NCBI GenBank assembly: GCA_000002435.2
Contig: CM018793.1
Reading direction: 5' to 3' (one strand)
DNA length: 64,000 nucleotides
Origin: Giardia intestinalis
Taxonomy: Eukaryota
A model generated the notes under the pieces. That model was not told where the DNA came from, did no database searches, and saw only the letters and a program-made list of their open reading frames with translations. Shown piece by piece: positions 51,001-56,700 of the stretch. Position numbers and translations under genes: made by a program. Each line of letters starts with the position of its first letter. Within the stretch, counting starts at the first letter, position 1.

Positions 51001-53025
51001 AGACGGTACAAGGAGTACTTCACCTTAGTTTTGGCACTAGCGGCAAGAAATACAGACATCGCCAAGCAACTGTGCGCACTGTCCGCAGATGAGTCCCAGT
51101 TGATAGTGTCGCTTCTTTTATTCTTCAGTGCAATGAATCACAAAACCAGTAGGATCTCCTTCGTGGCAAAACAACTGCGCTCATGTGACAGCCACGGATC
51201 TCCTGTCTTTGGTCCGTGCATCGTTCACTCTGAGCATATATACTTCACATGGTTAATAGAAGCATTTTCCACGATGCAGCGCGGATGGGCCACTCTTACA
51301 GAAATACGGGCATTCCTCCAGACGTACATAGCGCCAGAGGAACAAGCATTTATGGAGAACACGGCAGAGGACAACGCAGAGTACGAGCAGACGCATCGTT
51401 ACTCACTTGAATCGCTGATAACAACAGCTGCAAAAATAATGGGCACACTTGCAGCAGAGGCGACTAAGGAGCGAGAGGGCCGCACGAGCGCCTTAGCCGC
51501 GGCAGACAAATCAGCAATCAATCTCTTGAACCTGTCTCTTCCATGTCGCGTAGCACGGGACTTCTCCCAGTCGAAAAAGCAGACGGCTTGCTCGCCTCTT
51601 CGCGCTAATTATCTCCTCGAAAACATTTTCAGCCACCAACTGATCAAAGCCTTTGAGAAGGGCGCTGTCCTCGGAAAGTACCCCCTGGTGTATCCACGTG
51701 TGTGCATTAAGGCTAATTTCTATAGACAAGATGAAACAATAGATGGAGAAGAGCCTCCTATTGACCCAGTGTGTGCTACTGACCTGAGCGCAACCGCGTC
51801 AGCGCCAGATAAACACGCCTCGGGTGAGTGCGCTTACGGGGCCAGTATTTATAATGTCAGCGAACAGGACACGTGCTCTGCAGACAGAGGAAGCTCCTCG
51901 AACAACATATTGTGTTATTTAGATCATGGTGGCAATGCAGGGCAGACAGACACTGATTCAATAGACAGTACAAGCCAGGATCCGCAGCATACATATGCGT
52001 GCGAGATAGAAGACTACACAGTATCATATGCACGGGAAATCGGTACATGTAGCATGGACATAGCCGAAGTATCTGCGCTAGTTACCAGTAGTACACCACT
52101 CATGCAATCCCTTGAGAGCGTAGGTCGCGCCTTCGAGACGCTTGCATCTGTAGCAAGAATCCATGGGACGCCAGAACAAAAGTTCCTCCTAAGTCAGCCT
52201 ACGTGCCTTACTGACAACTCTTCTGCTCAAGAGTATAGTGAAGCGATGCTTAGCTTAGCAGTCCGCGTGATTACGACTGTGTGTGGCGCTCCCCAGACTC
52301 TTTTTTACGATAAGACGATGGAGTATGGAGACGACTCCAGAGGAATCTCACAACTTCTTGTACAGTACTCAACACTCAGCGATTATGCTCGCCCAGCAGC
52401 GCTCCCTTATGCACAGCACTTAGTGGAGGACGCCAGCCTCATGTTGCGGAGTCTCGGACGCTCCGGCGGGCTCATGACAGCACACCCCTGTGTCTATGGA
52501 TCAGCGCTATTTGAAGTCATGGCGTACCACAAACTTAGCTTTGCCAGCGCATACTCTATTCCCCCAGAAAACGTACGCACCGCATTATTCGCCAAGTTCC
52601 CAGATTGTACAGGATATAACCACGCCATCGTAGGCGAAAGCATGATCGTGGAGAAGCGAGAAGACGGGAACCCAGAATACAACTACATACCATTCTGCAC
52701 CAAGCTAGTCGGGATGAAGCTGTATGGAATGCTTTACGACGCACAGACGGGATCTCTAGTGGACTTTATAACTCCCGCACACAGGACTCCGTCTAGAATC
52801 GATGTCTACGCAGTCCCCCTCTGCTACGAACCGAAGGAGGAGACACAGCAGCATACAGACCCAGCCCACCCAGGGAGGCAGGGCCCAGATACGCAGCCCA
52901 ATCCCCTACAATTTGTGCGCGTGCGATGTCCGCCGCTGCCAGGCATATACGCATACTTCAGGAATGAGACCGGCCTGAAGGCCGACGAGCTCCTGCAGCG
53001 GGGGCTGCGCCTGGAGATGGAGTAA
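30010..53025 (+). CDS. giant hypothetical protein, 7671 aa, single exon, with one P-loop (Walker A) motif near aa 4600
   Basis: The ORF-track start at 29986 is TTG, preceded by an in-frame TAA at 29956. The first ATG is at 30010 (MTIRPVALQL). The ORF is uninterrupted for 23 kb, which is impossible by chance. A Walker A motif GKRFSGKTT lies at 43804-43830, followed by LLVAHIERIDQGAWEKLMNLNLQSGLLSLSHNVSQSLELGSDNVGVLF. I can call no other domain. The protein is mostly predicted helical with Ser-rich linkers. Confidence 0.8.
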   Translation: MTIRPVALQLRIPRSLLVFNQECVTEEERWINFSWILSPRLLQSPHVSRQTSRALSRAASKAMCRNLTERIRNTAGRPDGLRNYIWVQQDPATAFRGSQQEKLHPAFISYSTFYLLPVFVRTLNILTNLAHCTMFEKICTPEITLHRAAVVTVPISLLILNQHNAPVAQPPAVMAQMLPECVDLSQNPYVAEIRKIKDKEFVGEIYVENSYLANSAYTVLLDLINFNIYYLRKMHALTDQFFANYKYDKESITALSPLDTRLVKAPRDTYIVESNLIDQHALETCNSFASIHVEELAQDTILPLSLPMHYDAIYPVKRTTALPAALQNLLTEHQWEYKHILLTLLHRQCTITKTSLGTVSFAYKEEESEHVILKRRVTSPITLCSHYDGPMFQFFVRSAAKGPSFFRFFRGTKAEIHGIVTYTERYGPRQTLSADKQWYDEQLKRLGFPIMTLTSVCMQLFPYKHFAFCTQSHNDDINTTNLPAQRTPGGILARRGHTAQAVKRSNPALAKLIPNCTGSFSEFGLFGTNRPSSRRDLPSLPIHNVTLELLNDNDQSLQNMEAGVLAHPLEDCATFPGALSAASNRPSCAFDSPTLLSSPRFCASYVSLQVTFLNLICKFIDAVPLSISAVKTGKESVGVILQAFNSLFSALHARYYDVGYSFITIKKRIFFLLKSFSTETVSLVDYYTHHYHIEKGLSSSVLDFLMNPSTKRMLQKDSLPNIYAYMHLYLKKEIYLEDQNKYYRLDKISDDDDAEENGTLFMRKFTGPGKKNLVNCYLGDPSDLLGEDGQLKPTEEDEEASEEAQPAYVCSGKVPTLERIEVDEASPMLHFAMLYIRLFGLFARELTPVICSLFARDCILSNIHLENELLRQSPLLCYKLFCRVVISKFQEAYLHDLNEWAEYICPQSHVPVPSSLQESSQPSSVIQPETTVPTLVLDLEPVSTDGNQTITAAAAVADSIITRRFLSQGFFTTSDRQEMDFLHFEFNCQQISKDNRRYVTGGDTEGLSNLKIIYANSLDFELSQFRTLIAAIFTSVTELKCNIEQHLEFDLLFLSRSVVPGFDSLLSLQDYVIQHVQKEMELIQESLTDNILNPQTFRDDIKRAEYLTEISSSRIPDFITSYYNMRKEMRIQYSRLLMANMQELTRVKEVYGLSLKRLNENLHDRRAFDRSILHLERDVFVAFEKLLSSIGSVSQLCLAFIEQEFGTNNLHISAKNLVFSLCFDPLQDVKKLETVSEDRHGKKAVSVVYPPKFLLNCEGSQLIVFSFESLLGLDTPLEQSASTKGSGRGRAIDGMSLPIGATIPRYNEPCNGASAVGASSLLDHSKMLELIENAIVVTKDIITYIENNLLPLPDVLYTRFATYTIKILKNQAINKLLSLVRKIRQHVQETIYAVIREASQRIQAFKGSLVVDVDTPDNLELVLQSKNAAQRFLTIWMPAVFVCLLALPKMSYLESYRHVSSIQCINSDPEIELRPGSTAQEQQRSTTQPPDIYTLLESDVSFDQKMDHLFDAQFWMRCRRDVEVYEGVRQKEVQKQIEKQQELIRQQEVERRDMIKKLARGSSELADEDPACLQNLHNEFVSEKGLLSVKKIPLTRKYLSSEAKASSIKLQPILRKQSALVSYRQELLMLDLCDYKFNILDFIQLLASIKALMRRADRNIQAKICPFSKYIYLSVEYLMYLRTVCTNYAVEICYMTAADLILSVRNPSQFRIKYPYMTSNLVLNQIDPYFASEDIEVSYAYLNFLQRSTSLAITRYANERALSLSALYTRPSDSNLVGVDSVVTLDDFLAFLIQRVSAQDSRRGYNTSTKSAGETDTYYDIYHIFSDIGHIASESQKIYNSLEKWAMLVGIKLSISKPTFLEVTTSLKHPISFFLSLINIYATYAQSLKASINFFNYKFFEKHSEELYLAAREMHLADKQRFKCAQEKSKSRNVKSSSFFIEALDQSSSSNPHRIRQSGAVHRRSPAESTLKGQVAHTASVASISRYMDSTIVLDGSAATSLPMSSKLENNASDTLLTLIDSMQELPPRSVHSQDPGSTNLMASKLREHYYELPDPRSESSNSLSVSSTVARHPDSKDDSESEIITVVTADQLRNDKGASSKLLMTQLANTLDPEDCKTTPSHSDDDGGDLQGKTSRVSETDSEYSDGKDPDEKLDIGLLRMRRQEPTGFATSYSTAQMRLNTAVAERIKLQTGTVRPAAATRIITDICADRQPLSSSDIAGPDTHLTDTSFHMEPSSSATDTKNTLLRRRPKLSIKTEADEEKQEPCMESVDSVDPDLLSYRIQQIITDYCRKNEQPPFTVQYSSWIDTADRVVQVHLLAITQRIIFLSEIRRLFTSRCFVERLFTMLDKSCGDISVTNAKALLKATTVDDMTRLLNAQNFALITNMTRQYEHNLAAEKKLHEIYKWILSLKVWVIKYSLDIPLHTAFKTYVSAKLGRSKTQSHTKRSYSSRVSKALHRPARSAMADTSPSSYQLITRIDQARRPVTIADVDCSLYCPITLDYSTRFRKKYINHHRPTRVLLFDRLEPLIDLFKDQTMEYDAVYQKARVSCADVGPGDTSLSSVSIISDDSTFNETSINVTQSTSHNASGSRKRTASARRRPAQSYDMQETIELPYPSLQPYLLKAIREALFMVSTVLGDDQIVESVKTMARRLHIFLSAARIFAATVERVRMHLPEVLALLNVIFDEVPETSFLSIDLERYKGVVATLLQVLHLFSEICVAMHESDKKVDLARFSSPSFEHLKAVSLVKNKRLDIPRFEFISFLSDLTDDTSEYSAQTKHTRLASYLDGDSTCMPLAFLFEQQQYSLVENFIAAANQCDGLLQDARELFWKKRIGHVISGRLELGLENLPESFYIVFSKFNGSFTNAQLSNQFFDVAHTGSEMKPPLPDHVHTTLSGVLQLPSQRDTRLQTTRHRGGSYVSARSALPTTRLSADTFSKLKYAYTSGHIIANKLLYSKGGTQISFFGIQSGHEAILYDKVINLRCRLHMASVLLHPKILTSAIQAEFRKAIILLLNEQYSQCLCYCTYQAVIYALSACVLVYLDGRYESFEYCYYHVLGGLKRIIECSYPDLLAHMGNASASIFNSPTDTDTAVTKLFTLKAIYARVIEFMNLLDIIALSVVSYIFSLNPLYLSRFHKLEPPFSLQNYSKLLTKFSRSAMLNERSKKQGISLSFMHNKFTSCLFLSLPSLKLFQKTHCSYDAARMDEKALITEAYRRAVVALRRAVPLRSVLEMQSASHGLSDIVAVPDIRTVSSVESTNDEDFSDAQAGTPSKALATFSSAEIACLSPGVASAPPVASGAAVSHGLSRGEGETLFIDPLPRLVPNDIVYIDADEHGDIDIPLETPASLTSILLGPWGLKDFNLAHVSCCTQYDTVFIDYTHKRKCALLISSLIDNIPVVIFTDRHMGYRSMEVPYILEHATRLSGLRYCFLNVAPGKLESYRMAIYANMLSGVTTVLTGLELSATDGHAEWALISALFTLSPGADFPPIYDRISATPMDSKAYRNSWHTSRLGGIIFWIADAVCLNNSEDQNYIVSDWALKFLRLFRQKTQLYFPTSYLTNDCHVLAMEYTMDMPTYIQRISFIKNQFSASIFDLVNKKATLSENLSVKASASLASSVISSRETIKAATYAGSSHLPRLFNDLHIVSDLSSSCTLEALFCIIPQFSSQLAIFAEFLLRQTTAFPKLVLGDIRTIIQTLQSPITALNMSLALLFYLTVLMWTEETATNQFSAKQMYLMEYLATLFHLDAHERSRFKSLVESPLSKFEQIIQTYASDTYISQLGLLAQSSGLLSLFGSHSLFTLGRILATGRPCLLFLDTMDPGTLTRIQAGVEHVSRLHVLIVYSIYDLFEMTESIERSADDTGLMLVCADPADSHWIGSIFAMCSCRQEICLPNKIRYVFPRHCKVVVVAHSKCLSLRKISCPSIHFNRNVHLSPLGLLQVSFSSVAFLNMKYFNDIRNIETSHLSTYKDVVEHIAMKYDVDYHLYTHAEETRIKQDVYLNYLNFFYYNLTILASRRVFNMYAFTIRDWRVLKALITLFLVYDNVLNIKHYMDVMDGEDYRLFIGSSTKQQAKPGSADIRAPEQSTMSQQIARTIEAVLPPRRVSDLNPYAELAYFSYYDQEERRSEKNEAEYIKECRKDIDFSAVGLSDLRYITGSPIYLPWASNFSRKTQIICEFSYSFTKLIFVNTSTAEVIRRIHSSIFAAIFNAFTLLIAAPYELHSAEQDSASYRSYYRRYLELLPSFLHLVHKFFCPAYLFHSNPSMQQWFVSFYASLKASLQDLYAVQLSMHGFIGAEKYCRYTCLTHTQSMSDVTLLRAANFLGVKNQLRSDVVEHVQLFNLKCGQLDREAQEDLWIPGEQQLPSARYDKLSLSQLDKDSFHTAETSSTTAIADTPASEQSCRASTDGDSVLHRTPQIDNVLLKRFAEKAYVHELFDSYHDLGRSRAEECMHLQIAEDLKQELPSDLQLSGHDSHLKPVTDISLTGSAPHCNTSRTTEEKQELEGPASYHNPDTTSEAQLDSAHATDYLAFVRQTYQFLPVPYHIGDGLFSNPALSHYMQLYSDNDVEPPLIITTELSAVAVFLAGLILAGECFALTGKRFSGKTTLLKLAYALLPQNIVSLTSFRVPCGEDLDPQEFMQRILQRNLVFKPDTTSPGERYSVALPERKLLVAHIERIDQGAWEKLMNLNLQSGLLSLSHNVSQSLELGSDNVGVLFLPGVVFAYEASADYSDLSSNQNDLYFIQHSSTSTPSFLHNFLYWGLIRRRFHLSDYVPLSDSSAPLNGGHALEDYFSNALLTKLHEAICAGPSKDVQNSYTRVSYRNKTPQLHEETLCKLPVPSAELPNTLKTFVHFLKQLESTTPISSLRLVWSMLQNSASDDGFLVTSVNVPPVPISRENACFQFPCINLLLSTIVRHTELPVDVVFQSISQLINTNTLDEVLKGKEELPSSSLPLRRADPGNLYLLHEGWIQGLSLLLKHHDQSIEDFVMDLAGDSYYMKHKRILYSQEDQLSGRSPSHTRVLLPYFSKAGHMLYFKTDLGGHSSPDRRALAASSGFFSDPHLIGSLTSGLGLMSKLRPQSTLDSERLKAKLPQHLLDKGSILMGRSLRASMMNIDGVQTFPSGELVYPQDQADCPARAVSSKVLSSANLCRSRVDIDSDSSEEDDKMQKSFVLEQQASLEEQKHNVVACLLSRCRTVAHVDTYAIAAIIHIYLAITRAFQSNVLKMAEYLLYMRRGSNRACPQFVQFNPLANPPRMPIINMLVPSGSTHFDSYSQYLQVLRSIGKYVMFDTVEFFEFVCRNTYSPNNGILKISIEKKAETFRIYESAVLEEVLGSSVQKIEPDAAPKAKKEVTLRNVFQGRVAFANYAVHLARTHRFIIDINQVLQYVQAAARCIKPASTTHEVYHSNKDPLEDEEELSDEDQFVSRVDPRVLRKMPLKPVISPDGTEFKRNNEVVKTYSGKLSKTDPFFWIFKEQEDRTGGGFVPTYDYRHHRHRYFNKLVSVFLDSHDPRQLVHYIIRSMLLMALGFSPLLGFVDLSYFKRDVYNYRTCYTCELWPYVDMEKMQTDLEASDLAELVLTEPCDILLTVPFEYLDRKKISFLPESCPYFSPTELKFLGYLVSFVYGLQHLLSETELLWLCSRNLAIVILEGGEVCNTIDSVRYTAFSPRIHTALLEERLSRLHPRLTTTYNDANQQPISLHVSSAMKQALSSLATKGLLLERNIGSPKGDSTIGSLENSIPYQFLKILNEKYNAAKMLKNGPLPGVLLIAEIAWKLYEYRVETLSNILQACNTILWGANRLNADELVADNGPQTPLSHMHTSSVNTSVRSFSAVSFSVPNTQSRSRTRKRALKSRTRDQQTTSQTIHESAFGINSLLSEPKGFKAEALDPEPAHEVDRDEVTQRYLTIIQEMKSELEGLLPCQLEACIDMAVRFLCLSEDCFSSSDAGRDAASSMSLSQGKRSVSASMAHDVFKQHRHSCDSESDPHLPPTCACTTDFLLEEFSYFTIPESYPTPALLTAFFNILHINLGEALAIAEILLDSKARCLPEEFRSGEMRSYAKSLLVDRRMLSIFAIYLISAQIPRLVPLLPFNYSFIVVLVLEACQRPALFKDLVLRRKDADIDVDAEFRISYVNCAVSKQEFAKSLDSILQDDGNQDGAVVLYNCFSCKGQATEYLVTFISLLSSATLLHGDTLVFDGATRIRLKYDLARTRFYFTSARNVDYSSLSKLQESVYPIYTPQYLQQALIHRIEALKSGETVQDPTDGLKELFIDLFYYMLHYCTMYDTHPLFRNLLLLEAKRDVIREVLKTSATIHSITMAERGAISSAKRQIMGSIYKDATALLPKVMLLKRGCLNGQQLEDTPQLMQKIAQAYAALFGYFYSLSADYQQVLSLLTPRFFAGWLDNMIELIHHSRCSMGDPTITQLVGWLAHHTVRYPLQYVSRLLPLTKIEPVLFTCTAIYCTALEHMSTKELSVIKLLIAIEDNQLHTLERIILRGGKKEAAEYDATQRPFIKMLSLAEEDCAAAALIANCCGFPSQKASNAWIRLSVLYAFLPKLVGPWVAHFRKERRSFVKLASGNTFRSLLNQYLGLESEPACKFIGTEELFQSRVAGVNRDSVTAIDHLIRDQRIPYYQRKRAKTAPSKKQTEGAYTKKATIKPMIINQPLPKLADNVQAVAQPEKDLSGDNRTDATVHREVDRSNLQIKELFLLSYTSMNGSFCPQRRQLLTTASSTAQQHEADSDTLLLQSTAKGLDLELEKCTEPLALPADMTSYSIRTIWKALLLSLACDREARSDACSLLLRICPLCNVTDTVKEYYKELSADSTALAEFLGVSGGTLSPNLTLIVRSHLLPHSCEEESQPLGAVLQEMDPQVSAARRNLLLWYDESVDIERLISYSYTCVWKSLSSYSSLSFSRYPTKEMLMTPESVIAVICVDPNLQISHLLAIREGLCDTTAASIIICIPSSSRPSVTVSQVIALTNIFCTRTESLIMPECVFRRYKEYFTLVLALAARNTDIAKQLCALSADESQLIVSLLLFFSAMNHKTSRISFVAKQLRSCDSHGSPVFGPCIVHSEHIYFTWLIEAFSTMQRGWATLTEIRAFLQTYIAPEEQAFMENTAEDNAEYEQTHRYSLESLITTAAKIMGTLAAEATKEREGRTSALAAADKSAINLLNLSLPCRVARDFSQSKKQTACSPLRANYLLENIFSHQLIKAFEKGAVLGKYPLVYPRVCIKANFYRQDETIDGEEPPIDPVCATDLSATASAPDKHASGECAYGASIYNVSEQDTCSADRGSSSNNILCYLDHGGNAGQTDTDSIDSTSQDPQHTYACEIEDYTVSYAREIGTCSMDIAEVSALVTSSTPLMQSLESVGRAFETLASVARIHGTPEQKFLLSQPTCLTDNSSAQEYSEAMLSLAVRVITTVCGAPQTLFYDKTMEYGDDSRGISQLLVQYSTLSDYARPAALPYAQHLVEDASLMLRSLGRSGGLMTAHPCVYGSALFEVMAYHKLSFASAYSIPPENVRTALFAKFPDCTGYNHAIVGESMIVEKREDGNPEYNYIPFCTKLVGMKLYGMLYDAQTGSLVDFITPAHRTPSRIDVYAVPLCYEPKEETQQHTDPAHPGRQGPDTQPNPLQFVRVRCPPLPGIYAYFRNETGLKADELLQRGLRLEME

Positions 53026-53164
53026 ACAAAAGCAAAGAAGGAGCGAAACCGTGCGGGCCCGAAGGCTAATGGCATGGCCGCCTGCTCAGCTGCGTGCGGC
53101 ACCCTCCCCGGGCTTCCCCGTTTTATGGAGTGCGAGACGGCTATCTCGGCTGAGGCCATTTACA

Positions 53165-53686
53165 TTACTTGGTGTACACAACCTCGAACTCACGCTCAAC
53201 CCAGGCACGGGCCTCATCAGGGGTTATCTTATGCGACGCACCAACGTGCTGCTGCTGTGCCCGGCGCTTATTGACGCGGAACCCGGGGCGAGAAAGGACC
53301 ACGTAGAAGTCCATACCATAGATACCCATGGACGGGTCGTACTTGATCCCGAGATCAATGTGTTCCGTGATGCCGAACCCGAAGTTTCCAGTGGTGGAGA
53401 AGCAAGAGTAGGGCAGTTCAAAGTTCTTGACGCGGAGGCCGCGCTCGATGATCTCGCGGGCCTTTTCGCCGCGAACGGTGACGTGTGTGGAGATCTTCTG
53501 ACCGCGGCGGATCCCGAAGCCGCGGATGGTGAGGCGAGACTTGGAGAACGTCGGCTCCTGGTCGGTGAGCTGCTGGAGGACCTTAGCAGCCTTTGTCAGC
53601 GCGTCGCCCTCTCCTCCGATGCAGATGTTGAGGACGAGCTTCTCAATGCGGATACGCCTCATGGGGTTCTCACTCTCCTGGGACAT
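53165..53686 (-). CDS. RPL11: 60S ribosomal protein L11 (uL5)
   Basis: The start is [39 protein letters not shown]...[21 protein letters not shown]...[38 protein letters not shown] is near-identical in block order to human RPL11. Codon usage is GC3-rich. Confidence 0.95.
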   Translation of the reverse strand: MSQESENPMRRIRIEKLVLNICIGGEGDALTKAAKVLQQLTDQEPTFSKSRLTIRGFGIRRGQKISTHVTVRGEKAREIIERGLRVKNFELPYSCFSTTGNFGFGITEHIDLGIKYDPSMGIYGMDFYVVLSRPGFRVNKRRAQQQHVGASHKITPDEARAWVEREFEVVYTK

Positions 53687-53734
53687 CTCGGGGGGACCTT
53701 TTTTCAGCTCATGAATTTCAATTTAAATTACTAG

Positions 53735-56700
53735 ATGGCATGTCCCTCGCCAAGCGCAGAGTTCTCTGATCTCGTCGCTGGAGGTGACCCAGTGGCTTGT
53801 CAGCTACACCCCACGCCAAACCCTATATTGGAGATGGCACCCGAGCACATCTTCGATGACCCGGTCAGTTCATCCCCGGATACCGACCATAGTCTTGGCA
53901 ACGAACCAAACGAAAGCGAGGACGACGACACCGACGAGGATGCCTTTTCTACTGTTTCTCTCAAAGATATTGACACCTTAGTTGCATTCTACGAGACGCT
54001 ACTCAAGCACTCTGTCAATACAGATGCCTTCCATGCCATCTCTAAGGTGACCCTGGATCTGAAGGACCTAAAACTCTGCCACGGTGAGTATCCGAAGGAC
54101 ATGCAGGCCACTCTGGGGGACAGGCTCTACCTTGCAGCACAGCTGACTGACTACTGCATTGTTTGCCTCTCTCTGGTGCCGCATCACGAGAACCTTTTTC
54201 TGAAGATACGGTGCCCGACGTGTCAGGCCGTCGAGTTCTGCTCTGGATTTTGCTCGCTAGAACAAAATACGCATCCTTGTAGGCTTTTGAGCAAGCTAAG
54301 AATGATGTCTCGCTGCAAGGACACGTATATAGATACTTATCGTGATAGGAAGAACATGGTGATAGAGCGAGCCAATATGCTTGAGGCACATCACGCAGAA
54401 GCGCTTGCGCTAGATGCACAGAAGGAGGAGCTTATTCGGCGGCGTGGAGTGAGTGAGGAAATCACGGATTTGCCGGAAAGCAACGCAGAGCTCGTCCTCA
54501 CAGAGAGTGATCAGTATATCTTGAACAAGCTCCAGCCGGTGTGCAATATCTTGGGTCTTACTAGGAAGCTGTACACAAAGAAGGACCAGGTGTTTCTCAA
54601 GGACCTAGCAGAGTCTAGCTTCACCATTGCAGACTTGCGTGTTAAGGATCCGTTCACCTACGCCTTCATACTCAAAATCGCCTTTCTCTTCAGCGGCGGT
54701 ATGACAAAGGTCCAGCAGGAGAAGGATAAGCTCACGAGTGTCCTCAAAGAGATTCGGAAGATGTCTGCTGAGTTCGACTTCAACTACAGCTTTCTTCATC
54801 AGACGCTGACAGACCTGAAGAAGATCATGCTTACAGCCTCCAGCGAAGCTACAGACCTGGCCTCTATCCAGAGCGTGTACCAAGCTTGCAGAAACACCCT
54901 CAGTATGACCGACAAGATCAAGCTTCCTGAGCAGTGTCAAGCCGCTCTAAATGACATCCGGAAGGTGGTGTACTTTTGGAACGAGATACGGATGTCGAAT
55001 CACTTGATTGATGCGCTCAACAGATACTACGACTTTATCAAGGGTATAAATCTTCATGAGGCGCGAAAGAAGCAGCTCCAACAGGAGTCAGCAAACCTCA
55101 CAGACCAGATCAGAGAGTGCCAGGAAAATATAGCTGAAGTCAAGCAGGCCACACTAGAGCTTCAGGCCCGTTTGGATAAGCTCAAGGTTGGTATTTTTCC
55201 TTCGTCAGGTCCATCCCCTGCCGAAGACACTGGTTCAACCGCGGCGTCCGCTGGCGACTCGAATACCAAGCAGCCAAGCATTGTCAAAACCCGTGGAAGT
55301 GTGATGGGAGCCAGCACGGCTGCACATAATGGCGTGACTGATTCACTATTGAAGGAGCACAACCTATCCGCTTTCTCCAATAGCAGCAGGTTACTGGGTA
55401 ATGTAACCTCAGCAACAAGGCCGGCTGCTCATGCTCAGGCCTCCATTGCAGAAGGAAAGGCCTCTACATTAACTCGGTCTCAAGACCCAGATACCTTGCC
55501 GCGTCTATATTCCCAATCAGACGATGGCACACTTACAAATCGTACATCATGCATCTCCACCAACATATTACCTAAGTATCTTAACGAGGCGCAAAACGTA
55601 TTGGCACTATCGACGGTAGATGTAGAGCACGGAGGAACCGAGGAGTCCGATCATCTCCAAAGACAGGAGGGCACACACTCGAAGGGCGGATTGGACAATC
55701 TTCTTTCCTTCTCCGACGTGGTTGTTAGCATTAATGATATCATGTCTGCTCCAACGTCACCCCAACTTCCATCACTGCCGCCACATCAGGTTGAAAATCT
55801 TAGCGAAAGCATATCAGCAGAACCTGCACCTCTTACGAAGCGAAGCATACTTGAGCAGCACCCTCCTATGGCGCCATTTTCTCAATGCGACGGTAGCCCA
55901 GAGATTCCACACCTTGAAAATGCGTTGCACCTTTCTCAAGCACCGCCATTGGACAGATCGCTCTCCAAATCTACCCCCGATGACGTGCCTTTAAACCTTA
56001 CGCGCCCCTTAACGAGATCCGTGAACATCCTTCCTGGAGCCGATGACATAATCGCTTCAGAATCTGACCCTTTGCGTCTAGCAACCATAGCCCGCTCCAT
56101 TATATCCAAGCCCCAGGTGGATACCTGCAAATCTGACAGCAGTCCGCTTCTGACTAGATCCTCAACTAGCGACCAAGTGCTCCTGGAGTTCAACGAGGAG
56201 CAGAACCGAGAGTCCACTACAATGCAGAGCCCCACTTTTGGTGCAGACATGCAAGAAAGCACCGTAAATACCCTGCAGAAGCAGCAGAATCCAGCTCATG
56301 ATCAGGAGCTTCGCATTCGCGAGTCGTCTAACCTACATGTCGCCCATTTCAGATCACTTAGTGACAGCATGCTTACTAATAAAGAAAAATCAAGCGAGAC
56401 AGATCGTGCAGAGAATGTATCGGCGATTCACATTATTCCACCCAAACCCCCGATCAACACATTTAATAAGGCTACCGAGGAAGGCACAGACATGGCAAAT
56501 AGCTGCATCAGAAACTCGACTACATCAGTCACAACGGCGATTAATCAATACGAAGCTGACCCGGCTGCTGGCCGTATCCCTGCAAAGGTGGAAGCACAGA
56601 CAGATACAGACGCATCTTCTCAGACCACAGAGTTTGGACTAAGCTCTCTGACCAGTTCGTCCACACAGACTGATAGACAAACGAGCCATGTGCCCACAGA

